Shown: positions 14,040 through 28,920 of the stretch, in pieces
How positions within the stretch are numbered: position 1 is the first letter of the stretch
Layout: each line of letters starts with the position of its first letter
Source: Octopus vulgaris
Lineage: Eukaryota
DNA length: 64,000 nucleotides
Assembly: GCA_951406725.2 (NCBI GenBank)
Contig: OX597819.1
Location: forward strand, 117,614,001-117,678,000
Direction of reading: 5' to 3'
The notes under the pieces: model-generated
Database searches by the model: none
The model's input: the letters and a program-made list of their open reading frames with translations, nothing else
Told to the model about the DNA's origin: nothing
Program-made: the position numbers and the translations under genes

Positions 14040-14500
14040 CGAGGTGTTATAAACTTCCCAGACTATTTCTGCAGCACACCAGTAGATGTTAGCATCTGGT
14101 AGCATGCGCAAGGAAAGGTAGCTGTGAAATTCGTGGGGCTGTGTACGAGCGAAAAAGCTGTGTTTACTTCGCAAATTGTGAAATGTGTGTTTCTTTGAGC
14201 ATGTATATACTGTAGTGTACGATACTTGTCACGGACACGAAGACGGAACAAAGAACCAACGTGAAATTTTGCGTTAAACATGGGAGTTCTGCTACACAGA
14301 CATTGAGCATGCTTTGGCAAGCTTATCGTGATGAGGCAAGGGGTCTTACGCTATGTATCAAGTGCCACGTTTATTTCAAAAGCGGGAGAAGGTACTTTAA
14401 AGACGATGAAGGATCTGGCGGACCTATCACGTAATCTATGTTCATAGCGCATTGGGCATTTTGCTTATGAATTTTGTTCCATCACGTAACACCATTTACT
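14040..14500 (+). mobile_element. Decayed mariner transposase, N-terminal HTH region
   Basis: From ~14234: DTKTEQRTNVKFCVKHGSSATQTLSMLWQAYRDEA...FKSGRRYFKDDEGSGGPIT, matching the mariner N-terminal pattern EQR..IKFC.KLGK.A.ET..ML..AYG...DD.RSGRP. Confidence 0.85.
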
Positions 14501-15210
14501 CGAGATTTATGTTTAGATTGATGTAGGATTTCTGATCCATTTAGAAAGTGTTAGTAAAACGTAAGTAATTAAAGAACTCTAGGACAATGCATGTGTCTCA
14601 ATTTTCTATACTACATACATCTAAATTTAAAATTCGTGCGGGTGACTATGTATCTTTTATTGCACACCGGGTGTTAAGAAATCTGAAATAAATTATCGTC
14701 TTTTAAATTTTTGTCGTTAAAACATCATGATGGTAAAATCTTCATAATACAACTTACTTCGTATATTACGAATGTTATCTGCTATGAAATACTTGAAACA
14801 GGGACAAAAACCCGGAATGGAAAAACACGGCTTTTAGTTTAATATGGATTTCTATATATTCTTTTACTGCTTTCAGTTATTGTACTTCAAAAATGTTGTG
14901 GAAAAATACCAACACCATATGTTATTGAAACGAATACACCACAATATATTTTGCATGTTTCCTACATCTGCTGTCGATCATCGTTTCCTGGACCGCATTG
15001 TAAGGAAGAATAAAAGAAAATTGTAGCAAAATATTTTAGGAGGCAAACATAAACACCAACTTAAACATAAATATAAATCATCGTTCACATATAAACAGGC
15101 ACACAAACACACTGGTTTATTTCAACTCTCAAAATTGAGCTTGTGATTCTAAATTGAATGCAACTAGAAAGAATTAGCAGCAACTTTTTTATTTGTGACA
15201 GTCAGTACTG

Positions 15211-15269
<59 letters not shown>

Positions 15270-15327
15270 TTGATATATAGATAGATAGATAGACAGATAG
15301 ACAGATAGATAGATTTAGATATACAAG

Positions 15328-15710
15328 TGGAGGCGCAATCGCACAATGGTTAGGGCAGAAGACTCGCGGTGGTAGGGTCGTGGTTTCAATTCCCAGACCG
15401 AGCGTTGTCAGTGTTTATTGAGCGAAAAGACCTAAAACTCCATGAGTCTTCAGCAGGAGGTGGTGGCGAAGCCTGCAGTATTCTTTCACCACAACTTTCC
15501 CTCACTCTTTTTTCCTGTTTCTGTTGTACCTGTATTTCAAAGGGCCAGCCCTGAGATACTCTCTGTCATGCTGAATCTCCCCGAGAGCTATGTTTGAAAA
15601 TACACGTGTCAGTGGAGTGCTCAGCCACTTGCACGTTATTTTCACGAGCAGGCTATTCCGTCGCTCCGATCAACTGGAACCTACATCGTCGTTGCTGAAG
15701 GAATGTCACG
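15328..15710 (+). mobile_element. tRNA-derived SINE family B
   Basis: GGAGGCGCAATCGCACAATGGTTAGGGCAG (A-box-like) then GGTTTCAATTCCC (B-box-like), followed by a ~300-bp body. Confidence 0.65.
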
Positions 15711-15869
15711 TTGACGTTGATAATATATAAAATATATCTTTATCAGTCCATTTAAAACCGGTTAAATATCCACTATGCGCTATTTGTCTTTCCTTTTTGC
15801 ACATTATCGACGACTGATTATATATATATATATATATATATCTATATATACATACATACACATACATAC

Positions 15870-15948
<79 letters not shown>

Positions 15949-16354
15949 TATATATATATATGTGTGTATGTATGCATGTATTATATATATATATATATAA
16001 CATATTTAAATACTAGCAATGGAAATGGTATACACCTCGTTATCATTCTCAGTCTTTCACTTTCTCGGTCTCGCTCTCTCCCTTTAACTCTTTCTCTCTC
16101 ACTTTCTCTATACATACACAAACACACAAATATATATTTACCTACAGATATATATATATATATTATACACGACAAAACCAAATATACGCAGATATATATG
16201 TACTATATATCTAGACTTGTGGAAGAGGAGATCATGTCACTTAACATAAAGAATTCAGATTGCAAACTCTGACTCACGACATTTTATCGAAATTGCTTCT
16301 TCAGAGAAGCCCTATATGAACATCCATACATACAAATATACATATATACATACC

Positions 16355-16385
<31 letters not shown>

Positions 16386-17194
16386 CAATAATATACACAT
16401 ATGTATACTATACTTAAGATTACATTCACACAGAGACATACACACATGTAGCTAAATATTTTATTTATCTATTTACTTTTGTGGTTGATTGTTATTTAGT
16501 TTAAACAGCACAAAAACATTATAAAAAACATGTCAAATTATGCTTCAAAATCGGAAAAACAAAATTGACAATTTTACATGAATACAAAGACGCTAGCTGT
16601 AGTTTCATAAAAGAAGATACAAAGCTTGTTATCTCCAGTATTTATATGATTTCATCACAGAATCAACAGGAATAAAGAAATATTTCACGTGCTTATTTTC
16701 AATTTTATTTCAATACAAAAACAAATCAATAAAATTCTACCCAATTATTTTTTTATTAAATCAGAGTTCTACTTTTAAACTTTTATGCCTCAATATAAAT
16801 ATTGGGACATGTTCACCATATTACTTTAACACATGAATAATCATCCTGTATATGGTTAAGAAATTACTAGCTAGAATCAAACATGACACAGGGTTAAAAT
16901 TGTAAGAATAATGAAAAATATTGCTGAGAATAATTCCATGAACATACGCACACGCACAATCATACCACACACACACACACGCACGCGCGCGCGCATTAAT
17001 ATTTGTTTATATATATTAAAATAAGCTATCGATTTATCTGAGTAGAAAATTCCATCTACCTTTTAATTGGTGTTTTGTCACGATGAATCCAACGATTGAT
17101 AAAATACTGAAATCTCACGGAACTGTCTAGCTATGTATGTAAGTATATGTGTATATAATATAAATAGTATATAAATATATGCATATATACTTAC

Positions 17195-17244
<50 letters not shown>

Positions 17245-17281
17245 ATACTTACATATATATATATGTATATATGCATGCATA

Positions 17282-17470
17282 TATGGGTACAGGATATAAA
17301 AAAAAACGATGAACACAATGGGAAACGAAAACATAAAGGCATAAACATAGAAACGAGACATACATCATAAAGAATATATATATATATATATATATATGCC
17401 TTCGGAATGTGGATTAATTGAGGCAGGTACAAATGAAGAAGGGAATATTCTTTATGATGTATGTCTCGTT
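17282..17470 (+). mobile_element. (TA)n-associated element fragment with TATGGGTACAGGA terminus
   Basis: Same terminus as 57150 and 57066(rc), embedded in (TA)n. Confidence 0.5.
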
Positions 17471-18267
17471 ATATATATATATACATATATTTATTTATTT
17501 ATCTATCTATCTTATCACTACGTATGCATACATATTAATAAGTAGATATGTATATAAATCCTACAATAAAATCCCTGTGCCGAAATGGGTCTAAATAATT
17601 TTCATTCATTATTACCATTGTAAAATCATAACATGGATTGACCTTATTCCGCGTGAGTTACAGGTTCAATCAACTCACTTTTCATCATTCTTTATACTTT
17701 TTCACTGTATAAACTAAAGTAAAATATAAACGATTATCTACTCACAAAATAAGAATAGTTTAGTGACAGATATGTTGCATTATAATTTGTACGTAGCCGT
17801 ATAGATATTTATAGAGTGGGAAACCTCCTCTCATTTGATCAGTAACTTAATTACAAAGATTTGTAGGCCGGCTTGACGTCGTATCAATACATGTTGCTGG
17901 ACATCTGTAAAATGAATTCATCCAAAATACTTAAGGACCTGGTATCACACGCACTATCATACCATATCACGCACGCGCAGGCGCTACACCCACATACATT
18001 ACCGTCATTTGTCTAGCACTGAAATAAAGTGCTGTCGCTTCAAACTTAGTAAGTACTCACTCTTAATCAATCCTGCTTTAAAATTAACTGCTATAAATTA
18101 TCAGTATTATCATGCTCCTACGTACAAGTGAATATTTGCTCTTGTACATTAGAACTTAATCTAGGACGGAACACTTCATTGCGCTATCATTCATTAAAGA
18201 TCGTATGGTCTTATCAATGTTTCGGTCGGACATATATTTGTGCCTGTGGAGTCTGAATTAGCAATTA

Positions 18268-18925
18268 TTAGTTTGGCACCTAAGTTTCCGCCGTTTTTTT
18301 AAATTTAAATTTCAAAATGTTTAATATATAAAGTAACAACTAATTAATCAATAATGTATTCACCCTTGTTATCTACAACTTCTTCCAAACGTTCAACAAT
18401 ATTTTCAATATATCGTTGGTATATATCGTTGAGAACCAACCAAGTTCTCAATTCTGCATCAGTATTGAACGAAACTTCTCGCATAGCATTTGAAAGAGAT
18501 CGAAAGAGGTGCAGAATTTGGATGAATGACTCTTCATCGAACTCAACTGGATGGCCAGAACGAGGTGCGTCTATGAGATCAAAATATTTATTTTTTAACT
18601 TGGCATATCATTCACGAACGATCCTTTCAGCTATGGCACGCTCTCCATACACAGCACAAATGCCGCGAGCAGCTTTTGCGGCCTTATAACCTTGATTAAA
18701 ATCAAAAAGAAGGAGGTGTCAAAAATACTCGTTTTTGTTAACTTGACATTCCATTTTAATGATCTGAAAATAAACAGAAATTAACTAAAATTAACTAGAA
18801 AACAACAAAATAGATTCCAAAATGATAAAAAAATAGAATTCTCGAAACAATATATTACACAATTTGAAAACGCAATAAATTCTAAAATTAAAAAAGAAAC
18901 GGATGGAACTTAGTCGCCAAACCAA
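18268..18925 (-). mobile_element. Internally deleted mariner with both TIRs and TA TSD
   Basis: TIRs TTAGTTTGGCACCTAAGTTTCCGCCGTTT / TTGGTTTGGCGACTAAGTTCCATCCGTTT(rc), with TA on both sides. Minus-strand remnant 18754-18344: MECQVNKNEYF*HLLLFDFNQGYKAAKAARGICAVYGE...DAPRSGHPVEFDE, joined directly to the C-terminus LFRSLSNAM...VVDNKGEYIID*. Confidence 0.92.
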
Positions 18926-19752
18926 TACTTACACATGCAATCGTGGAGTTTTGTTACACCACAGTTACAAATAGATTCAAGGTGGATATTTAGTTCCTAT
19001 TATTAAGGCACAACCACGGTTTTCTAACATAAATTTTTGTTGTACATTACAGTGTTTTAATGCAAAGCTCGCTTTCAAAAGATAGCGAGTGAGAGAGTGA
19101 TACAACGGTGCAATGTTTCTTTAGTTCAATTATATATTTTCGCGTAAATAATGTTTGCCATCAAATTCAACAGACTTGCAGTTCCAGGCAGGTTTATAGT
19201 TGTCAACGTATTATCTATAATCATACTCTACTGTATGTGTCTGATAACCTAGTTTTCTACTAAATTTCTGTTTTAAAAAAATATAGCTAACATTATTAAA
19301 TAAGAGAAACATAATATAAGTTATCGAATGAAAATATCGTATTTCCAGCAAAATATATAAGGTAAGCGAGTAACAGGGGAAAAACCAAAATTTAATAGAA
19401 ATGTAATCTAAAGCATAATCCTTTGATAGAATTAATAACAATGAAACAACTGACAAGATTTTTGTATTTGAAACCGCGAAAATATCACCACAAATGTAAG
19501 CATTCAAATTGGATTCATAATGACTAAAATTTGATTATCACACTAACAATTTTATCGAACACTTAATAGACTTCAGTGGTTAGTACATACATACATATAC
19601 ACATGCATGCATACATACATACATACATACATACATACATAAATACATACATACATGCATGCATACATACATACATTCATGCATTCATACATACATAGAT
19701 GCATACATACATACATACATGCATACATACATACATTATATAAATATACATA

Positions 19753-19912
19753 GGGGTAGGAGTGGCTATGTGGTATCTTGCTTACTAACCACATGGTTCT
19801 GGGTTCACTCCCACTGCGTGGCACCTTGGGCAAGTGTCTTCTACTATAGCCTCGGGCCGACCAGAGCATTGTCAGTGGATTTGGTAGACGAAAACTGAAA
19901 GAAGCCCGTCGT
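19753..19912 (+). mobile_element. SINE family A, 5' tRNA-like head and core only
   Basis: GGAGTGGCTATGTGG...GGGTTCACTCCCACTGCGTGGCACCTTGGGCAAGTG...GAAAGAAGCCCGTCG, ending in the internal (TA)n. Confidence 0.88.
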
Positions 19913-19923
19913 ATATATGCATA

Positions 19924-19981
<58 letters not shown>

Positions 19982-20140
19982 AAAAAGGAGATGTGGAACA
20001 CGAGTTGTGATATATAAAAAAGGAAATGAAGAAAATGCTGAGAAAATAATTTAAGTAATTTAAGTAATTTAATTAGGTGAAGGTTCTTTTTACCGGTTGC
20101 GCATTTGTTATGCTTATCAAAAGTTTTTTCGAGGATATCG

Positions 20141-20213
<73 letters not shown>

Positions 20214-20430
20214 CGTGCGTGTGTGTGTGTGCGTATGTGTATATACAGATGTGATATAAGCAAAAAGACATGTGATTCAGTAATATTGAACATATTGACA
20301 TGAACATATAAGAAACCAATCGAAACGCGAAGTAAATAATTTATGACGAACAAAAGTCATTTCCAAGTCATTTACATCTAATCGTATACCCTGAATATTA
20401 AATAGATGTGAAATATTATTTTCTCCTGCA

Positions 20431-20800
20431 GGTACAGGGTCCGAAATTTTGGAGGAGTGGGGCAGTCAGTTAGTTCAACCCCAGTATGCAAGTATTACTT
20501 AATTTATCGACACCGAAAGGATGAATGTCAAAGTCAACTTCGGCAGAATTTTAACTCAGACCGCGAAAACATTAAATACTGCTAAGCATTTCGCTCGGCG
20601 AACTAACGTTTCTTATTTATTTACTGCCCTCAAGGGGCTACACACAGAGGGGACAAACAAGAACAGGCAAACTGATTAAGTCGATTATGTTGCCCCCAAT
20701 TAATATGAAAAGATGAAAGGCAAAGTCGACCTCGGCGGAATTTGAACGTATCGGCATCGAAATACTGCTAAGCATATTGCCCGGCGTGCTAACGCCGAGC
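20431..20800 (-). mobile_element. Two tandem copies of tRNA-derived SINE family C (Nin/Deu-domain-like)
   Basis: Minus strand has GTTAGCACGCCGGGC..ATGCTTAGCAGTATTT..GTTCAAATTCCGCCGAGGTCGACTTTGCCTTTCATC twice (about 20431-20612 and 20613-20800). Confidence 0.75.
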
Positions 20801-21554
20801 AAATACGAAATACGAAAGATTATAGTAAAGAGAATTAGGTGGGTGACATAAATTTTCTAAATATATTATTGTTTGGCGAAAATATGCGCGAGCATATTAA
20901 AGGTACACCATTTTCAATACCGCACATTCAGGGAAAGGGTTTTAGTACATTAAAGCCTGTTATACAAGAGCAACCTCAAATATAAGACCCGGAGTAACAT
21001 TTTGAGGAAGAAAAGGGGCAAATGATATGCCATCAAATACAGTATGTTCGAATAATATTCGTCAACTCGTTATCGAAACGAGACGCAATGTGACCTTAAT
21101 ATTCAAAACGCAACACATCATGTGTGATGCTACATGATCTACTTGAAAATGGATGCATTAGTGTAATCAATTTATTGATAAATATCACATTTTGAGATTA
21201 AGAAATAAAAAGCACGTTGATTTGTCAGTTAAGGCGCGTATCAAATACATTAATTCAAATGCATTTAATCCCATTGTTCCATCCAAAGGCAATGGTTTAG
21301 TGTAAAATTCAGGAAACTGAACCTGTTATTTTGTATTCATAGACTGTCCTTTCAGTGTAAAAACTACATGTCCTATCTCGTTCGTTATTTATGAGAGCAA
21401 TCTTACGGCTCGAGTTACTTTATCAGAGACCTCTTGCATTCAGGTTATTGTCCATGTGGAGTTATATTCTCTCTCTCTCTCTCTTGGTCTCTCTCTCTCT
21501 CTCTCTCTCTTGCTCTCTCTCACTTTTTGTCCTCCCACTAGAAGAATCATGAAT

Positions 21555-21740
21555 ACACCGAACGAAATACTTAGCTGGATTTCTTCCACCTTTACATTCT
21601 GGGGCTAAATTCTGTTGAGGCCGACTCGCCTTTCATTCTGGAGTCCATAAAATAAGTGCCAGTTGAACCCAGGCATTAATGCAAACAATTAGACATCTCC
21701 CACATATTTACGAACTTGTGCCTACAGTAGAAAGGACTAA
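21555..21740 (+). mobile_element. SINE family C, diverged copy
   Basis: CGAAATACTTAGC...AAATTCTGTTGAGGCCGACTCGCCTTTCATTC...ATAAAATAAGTGCCAGT, homologous to the 20431-20800 unit. Confidence 0.6.
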
Positions 21741-23572
21741 TGATTTTATTTAAGACAAAGTCCTCTACATTGAGGTGCATTGTTTATTCGGTGTATTAAT
21801 ATACTTGTTGCCACTAAATTGGAAATTGTCTCTTAGCACAGGGGAATGAAATACATTAGAGTGACACTTGTTCCAGAATTTCAGAATGTTATAATGATGT
21901 TAATACAGTTATTTGTATGATAGTGAACATTCGTTAGAACATTTGAATTCTAGAACATTTGAATTTAGTGATAAAAGCAACAGAGATTACTTTCGTGTTT
22001 ACATTTATTAATGCTGGTATTTAGTGGGTTCAGCTTTGAAATTTTGATGCGTTGCTGAAATGGAAAAATTGTGAGGTGCAAATAATATTTCTGAGAAAAA
22101 TATTCGTATCATAAATCTTTAAGTGAGAAAATTTCAGAAATAATTTATGAACATTGAAAAAATTATTCTAGTGAGGTTGCTTACTACAATTACTAAATGA
22201 AATAGAACAAGAAACCAAGTCTAAGATTATTCTAAGATTATCCGATCACGTTCTGTTTTCGATGCATCAAATTTTCTCGTTGAATCCACTTAATGTAAGG
22301 GTAGCATTGCCAGGCATGTATGAGTCGTAAGGATATTACATACTAAATAAAACGTTGTAAAATCTGACAGAAAGTAATGTTGTCTAAGCAGCTGATATTA
22401 ATACTCTAATGGTTATACTTTTATTGATATGATTTAAAGTTCCATTGTGATTACATTGTGTGAATTACAACGCAGTCGTTAAAATAAATGTGGCATCAAT
22501 AACATTCAATGTATAAGTGCAGTTTGTAAGATAATTGAAAATACACCATTTTTAAAGAAGCGTTATACATTTTTTCAGCTCATGAATTTGGTAAGCATTA
22601 CAAATTACAAGTGATGAAAACTCAATTTTCGGTATGAACGCTCTTTGTGCGATAAGGGTTAGCGTATATTTTAAGCTAAATAGCAAAATGTTCCTGGAAT
22701 TGAATACTAATGCTGTACCTTATGCATGTTCAATTTTTTTATATGTATTACTGTGTTTATGAAAGTGTGTTGTCATAATCTACTTTAATTTTACAATTAT
22801 GTAAAAGGATGCTCAAAGCTATAAAGAAATTATAATTACTGCCAAACTTCAAACAATAATCATAGAATAGAAAAGAATAGACGTAGGGAATATGGTTTCA
22901 TAAAGATCCATGCCTTATAATTCACCGTTGAAAGCATGAACTTGTGAAGCCAAATTGTAGACGCGTAGCAGTCCTTAGTCGCTCATAATTTACTCATAAC
23001 GGAAGATAAAACTTTCAGTAACATCAACTATTATATTTCGTAATAATACGAAAGATAAAATGTCGAGAATTGTGTTAAGCATATCTAATATATATTTACT
23101 AATATTCCTTCTATTTTTCCCTATGCTGTATATTGTCACCAAGTCTTTATTTCTTTTAGACATAAAACATGGATAATTAATTAGGATACGCTTTATTGTT
23201 CGTTGATATGTAGATTAAGAATAATATATTGGCTTTGGTTATTGATGATCATAAAAGTATATCAGTAGTTTTACGTTCAAGATTTTGCATCTGATGTTTG
23301 ACAACCATATTGTGTGTCATCTGTTGGATTTAGTGATAACAATTCGTCTCCTCTCAAAATTATCTGAAAGATTATAAGTGGACGCTGTGCTTTAATTACT
23401 CCAGCATGCTTATATTCATCTGGATTTTAATTAATTCTCAGTTAATCACATGTAATATTTATCTCTGAGCTAATAATCCCATATATGTTGTTTTATGTGT
23501 TTTATGGCAGAAATTTACTGTTAAATCTGCAAGCAATTGCATCGTCAGATTCATTTAGTGATTGTGCTATTT

Positions 23573-23608
<36 letters not shown>

Positions 23609-24044
23609 TGAATTTATCTTTAAGACAAAAATTCCTACACCTCCAAGTAAAAGATATTCTTTCTTTAAATCTTCCATCATTTTATTTCAGATTATTTTAC
23701 TGAAATGACATGAATATTGTATATCCAGCATTGCCGATTTTTGCAGATGCCTTTACAGAAGGAATCTGACGTAATATCTTTTAAATCGAGGTATTAAACA
23801 GAGTAACATATATAAAGAATTGTCGGCTACGGATAATATAGGGTTACTCCCTTGCAGTTAGAATTTCTGTAATTGTCATAATGTGGATATAAACATGCAA
23901 ATGCTTATGTTTATTGAAATACGAAACATTCAGCTTTAAAGATAACTCTATAACTGACAGTATATCGATCGTATATGTCTATATTCAAATTAAATATTAC
24001 TTTAAATCTGTAAAGTATATTCCTTTACCTAACTGCATTTTCGG

Positions 24045-24080
<36 letters not shown>

Positions 24081-24869
24081 CAGAGAAAGAGAGAGATGTG
24101 GGGGCTGACAGACAGGCATAGAGTTTGAGGTAACAGAAGAGACATACTGAGCGAGAGTGAGACAGAGATTGAGTGAAAGACAGAATTAGTGATTGAATGA
24201 ATGAGTAACTCGATGAATGAGTCAGTGAATGAGAGCGGAGCTTCATGTGATAACGAAACACTGAATGATGTCCCAATATTTTTAGAGAAGCATGTTTTAT
24301 TTTTTGTGAAAAGTAAACCATAGTGAAACTGAAAAAAAAAATAAAATAAACATGAAGAATAAATTCCAAGAATTTATAAAGTTGTTGAAGCTAAAAAATA
24401 AAGAAGTACACTTTTTTTGTTTTTGTTTTGTTTTGTTGTTAATTCTGTATTTATGAAAGCGTGTATGGCGAAAACATATAAATACATGAGATAGCTTGGT
24501 TTTCTTTTCGTTCTATGAAGCTAGTGATTACGTTTGTGTCTTCGTGTATAGATGTTGTTGAATTTTTTTCTTTTGTTTTTTTCTTTTCTGTGTCTCTTAC
24601 TAAGATATTTCTTTGATAAATAATGTATGATATATAAAGAAAAAAAATACATGATATTACCTTCAGAAACTGAGAAATAGAAATTGGAAATATACAGCAG
24701 CAGGTTCATACGCTGCTGGGCATTAGCAACGTAATCATAGATATTGTCTTAGATACAGGGAAAATGCATTCCTCCACAATATATAAATGCTTATATGCTG
24801 AAATATACATAAACCATTACACATAATTCATGGGATGGATTATACATACATACATAGATATAAAAATAC

Positions 24870-24936
<67 letters not shown>

Positions 24937-24958
24937 TAAATATATATACATATGTATG

Positions 24959-25023
<65 letters not shown>

Positions 25024-25031
<8 letters not shown>

Positions 25032-25198
25032 GTTGTATACTGTCAATCTAACGTGAGCGTGACAGTAGGGGGTTACACCACCGCTGTTTAGCCCTAGGAA
25101 GCATCGACGCTTCCGCTTCCTGCTGGCTTCGACACATTTTTCCTGTCTCCTTATATACATTTACGAAGGGGAGACAAACACCCTCACCAGCCAGGCCT

Positions 25199-25200
<2 letters not shown>
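25024..25200 (-). mobile_element. Truncated single-arm relative of the 8745-9159 element
   Basis: ATAGAATGGTTGTATACTGTCAATCTAAC...ACATTTACGAAGGGGAGACAAACACCC. Same terminus at the (TA)n junction; lacks the hammerhead. Confidence 0.88.
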
Positions 25201-25241
<41 letters not shown>

Positions 25242-28200
25242 TAGAGAGAGAGAGAGAATATATATTTATATGAGTTTGTGCGTGTATGTAGGTATAGATT
25301 TATATACATATAAATACACACAATACACATGCAATATATTTGCATGAATTTCCGTGTGCACATACGCACACATGTATATATATATTGATAATAACCTATA
25401 AACACACAAAATGTTACAGACATATGCACGCACTTGCACTCACAGATACGTAACGTACGAACGTAAACCTGAATAGTGCATATTTCATACGCACAGTAAT
25501 CGAAAACTGTCGTACAGCTATGGAGAACAGGAAATATCAACAATTACAAATGATATGTGATCCAGTGGAATTGAGGTACTTTCCGATATACAGTGGATGT
25601 TATATACTTCAATTTACGTTTTTGTACCACATCTGTTTGAAATATACCAGTGTATTTTCAGTGGAATTTTCGTATCATACATATTGTCCGACCATTCAAC
25701 TTTGTAAACATAGGCATAAGGTAAGATGAGATGAAGCAAATCATTGGATTTATTTCATGCTTATAAATACAAACATGAACAAGCAAATACTGTGAACATT
25801 CTTTCGTTAATTAGGTTCATAAAAGCGTAGGTAGTTCCTACCGTTCCCCATCATTTGGTTAAAGTAAGAAATGGAATACTGAATTAACAGCTTTTAAATT
25901 ACTCCTGTTCCTTTGTTAAATCATATAATCTACTATTGATCAACCTTTGGTACGTAACATTCTTCACGCACCCATATTATAATTTACAGACAAAGATCCA
26001 CATTATCATTTGCTTCTACTTTGCGTTCAGAACAATGGAATAAGTTCTTCCTCAATCGTCATTTAAAAAAAATAGCTAACTGGAAATTATTAAGGGACAC
26101 ATTTCAGTTACTCTGGGTCTTAATCCCTCGTTGTATCAGTCAACATTAAGTATTACCGTGCTACTAATATCATTTGTATGTAGATACTACCGACTATTCA
26201 ACCGAGCTGATACTAATTTAATGTGTGTGGCATCGGTTTACATGGAAAAGTTTCTATCATTTTAACTGTATCGTGAATAAATTTACTAAAATATGACAAT
26301 TGAAAGAGAATAATTGATAGATATTTTATTCTTATATGTTCGGCTTATGTTACTGTGATGTAGTTGATGACTGGAAGAAAAGTACTTTCGACCTTTAGAC
26401 ACAAAGCAACCATTAAGAATAGATTTAGAGTGGCAAAAATTATATTCCATTGAAAGTAGCAGAGTATCCCTTAAGATGTTTTACTGACAAAGCTAAGGAA
26501 ATTAAATAAATATTGCTAGAAACGGCAAAACATCTGTCTTCACGTATATATACTTCACGTCAAGTCAATTACATTGTTGCTTTGTTTTTAAATGATATAG
26601 ATAGAAAATGATAGCATGAAGGATACTAGCAGCTATCATATTATTGATAGGATATTTCGAATTTAGAGGAATGGATGGGCATTTTTTTTTTTTTTTTTGT
26701 AGATCGTGTAAATCATGTTCATATCCCTGTACTATTTATTTTTTTCAGCAACATACACTAATTTACTGGGCAGTAGTTTTCACTTGTCAAATTCATAAAT
26801 GACATTCGCTTCATTATAACATTACCAGGAATTGTTATGACTGTAGTTATTATTGTAATGGTATGATTATACCTTTGGCATGATTATACGCTTAGTCATA
26901 TTTTATGCGGTGGAAGGGGAATATATATGATAATACACCGTAATTGGGCCTCACATTTCGACTACAGTATTAAAAATAATCCCATTGTGATACACTATAT
27001 CTAAATGGCTAGCTTCTGCAGTAATTCAATGACTTTTTAAATTGGCCATCTTTTTCAGTGACTTAGACATTCTCCTCTAAATGCATTTTACAAAATTTAT
27101 ATATAATTTAGATAATATTACATGTATCGATTTTTTTTTCATTTAGCATTATCATATTAAAGAAGAAATATAATTTTGATATTATATCAAATTTTATTAT
27201 AGATGGAATTTTTTACATTATTTTAAACTTTATTTCCTTTCTCCTGTTTTCCTTTTATTATTTCTAATGTAAATTTAATGATATTTAAATAATCCACAGA
27301 TTTCAATTATCTTCTAATTATTTCAAGGATGAGAAGACCTTTCGGTGACTCGAATACTTCACTCCCTAAGGAAATCTGTCCAAGTTATTAAGATTATTGA
27401 TTCTTAATTCAGCAAAAATTGCTATGGCAACAAATACTAAGAAAATATAAATCTCGACTGAAAATTGAGATTCAGATCAATCCAACCGAACGATCGATTC
27501 CTGAAAGATATTATGAGATTCCATTTGCTTTCAATACGCACGCGCACCCCTACACACAGACACCCTTCTCGCAAATATACACACAGAAACACATATATAC
27601 CATTTGTTTTATAGCCTTCAATTTTATTTAGCATGTATTTAAGGGTTTGTAAATACATATTTTTCTTTTTGAAAGAATACCTAATATAATGTTTGATTTA
27701 CGCTTAATAATTAACCGCAACCTCCAGAATTAATTAAGCATTTAGTAATAGCTTTGATTCATATTTGAGGAAAAACAATTAAGCCTGATTAGTGATGTTT
27801 TCTTTTCTTTATCAATTACCCTGATTGTAATATTTCTTCGTCAAATACAGCACTCAAATTATAATCAGATTACCACAAGCTAATTTACTTTACAGAAATG
27901 CATTCATTCCTATCATTGGTGAAACAGCTGACATGTATTGATTACTAGCAAGTTACTCGTTGCAACTAAAATCTGAATAAAATATAAACATAACTATAAT
28001 AATTCGTACAATGGGTTTAGAAATAAGAAGCACAAAACAGTTGTGTAATTATATAATTGAATAACATTCACTTTACTAATTCTAAATCAAATACTTCGCA
28101 AAGATATGAAATAACAAGCCAACTTACTCTCAGTACATACGATAACGTATAAAATCAAACAGGCGTATGTGATTATATGACGCAAATATCTTGGTGGAAT

Positions 28201-28920
28201 ATAGATAGGTAATTGTTTTCGTAATAGGCCAACTCAGACAAAAGGGGTTCGTTCTTTGCTTGACTGTATTAATTTCAATATCAAAGTTTGAGATTCTAAT
28301 CTGGGCTATGGAATCCAATGTCTTTTGCCAAAAAGAACTTTCATCTAACTCATGAACTTGGTAAAACTACTTCCATCAGAGAAGTCCAGTCGCGTTTGCT
28401 ATCCTTCAAAATATACTATAAAATACACGCACTAATTTCGTCATTATTTTACCTCGTTTTTTACCGTTTCTAAAGACGACTAATTACTTATTTCTGGCGG
28501 AGAAATGGATTTTCAACCCTTGAGATATTTAGAAACTCTCATGCCGAACGCTAACCGTGTTTGATTTTATGTTGTCATTTGTTTTTAATATAAGGCGTAG
28601 TTACTTTCTTAAAATTTCTTCTTTGTTTTACAAGGATACTGTCGGCGTAGTAAAATCGGCACAGCGTCCGAGGACAAATGAAGAGGAGTCTGCTGGTAAA
28701 GAGTACTAAAAATAATTGCAAGTAAAACCCCTGTGTAATAACTTGTAATAATATACGATAATATATTAAGATATTAAGATATGTTAAGATGTATTCAGAT
28801 GTTAATATATTAAGATATATTAGGATAGTAATATATTAAAATATACGAAGATATTAAAATATTAAGATATATTACGATAGTAGACTACGTTTAATCAAAC
28901 GACTTCACTCTACAAGATTC

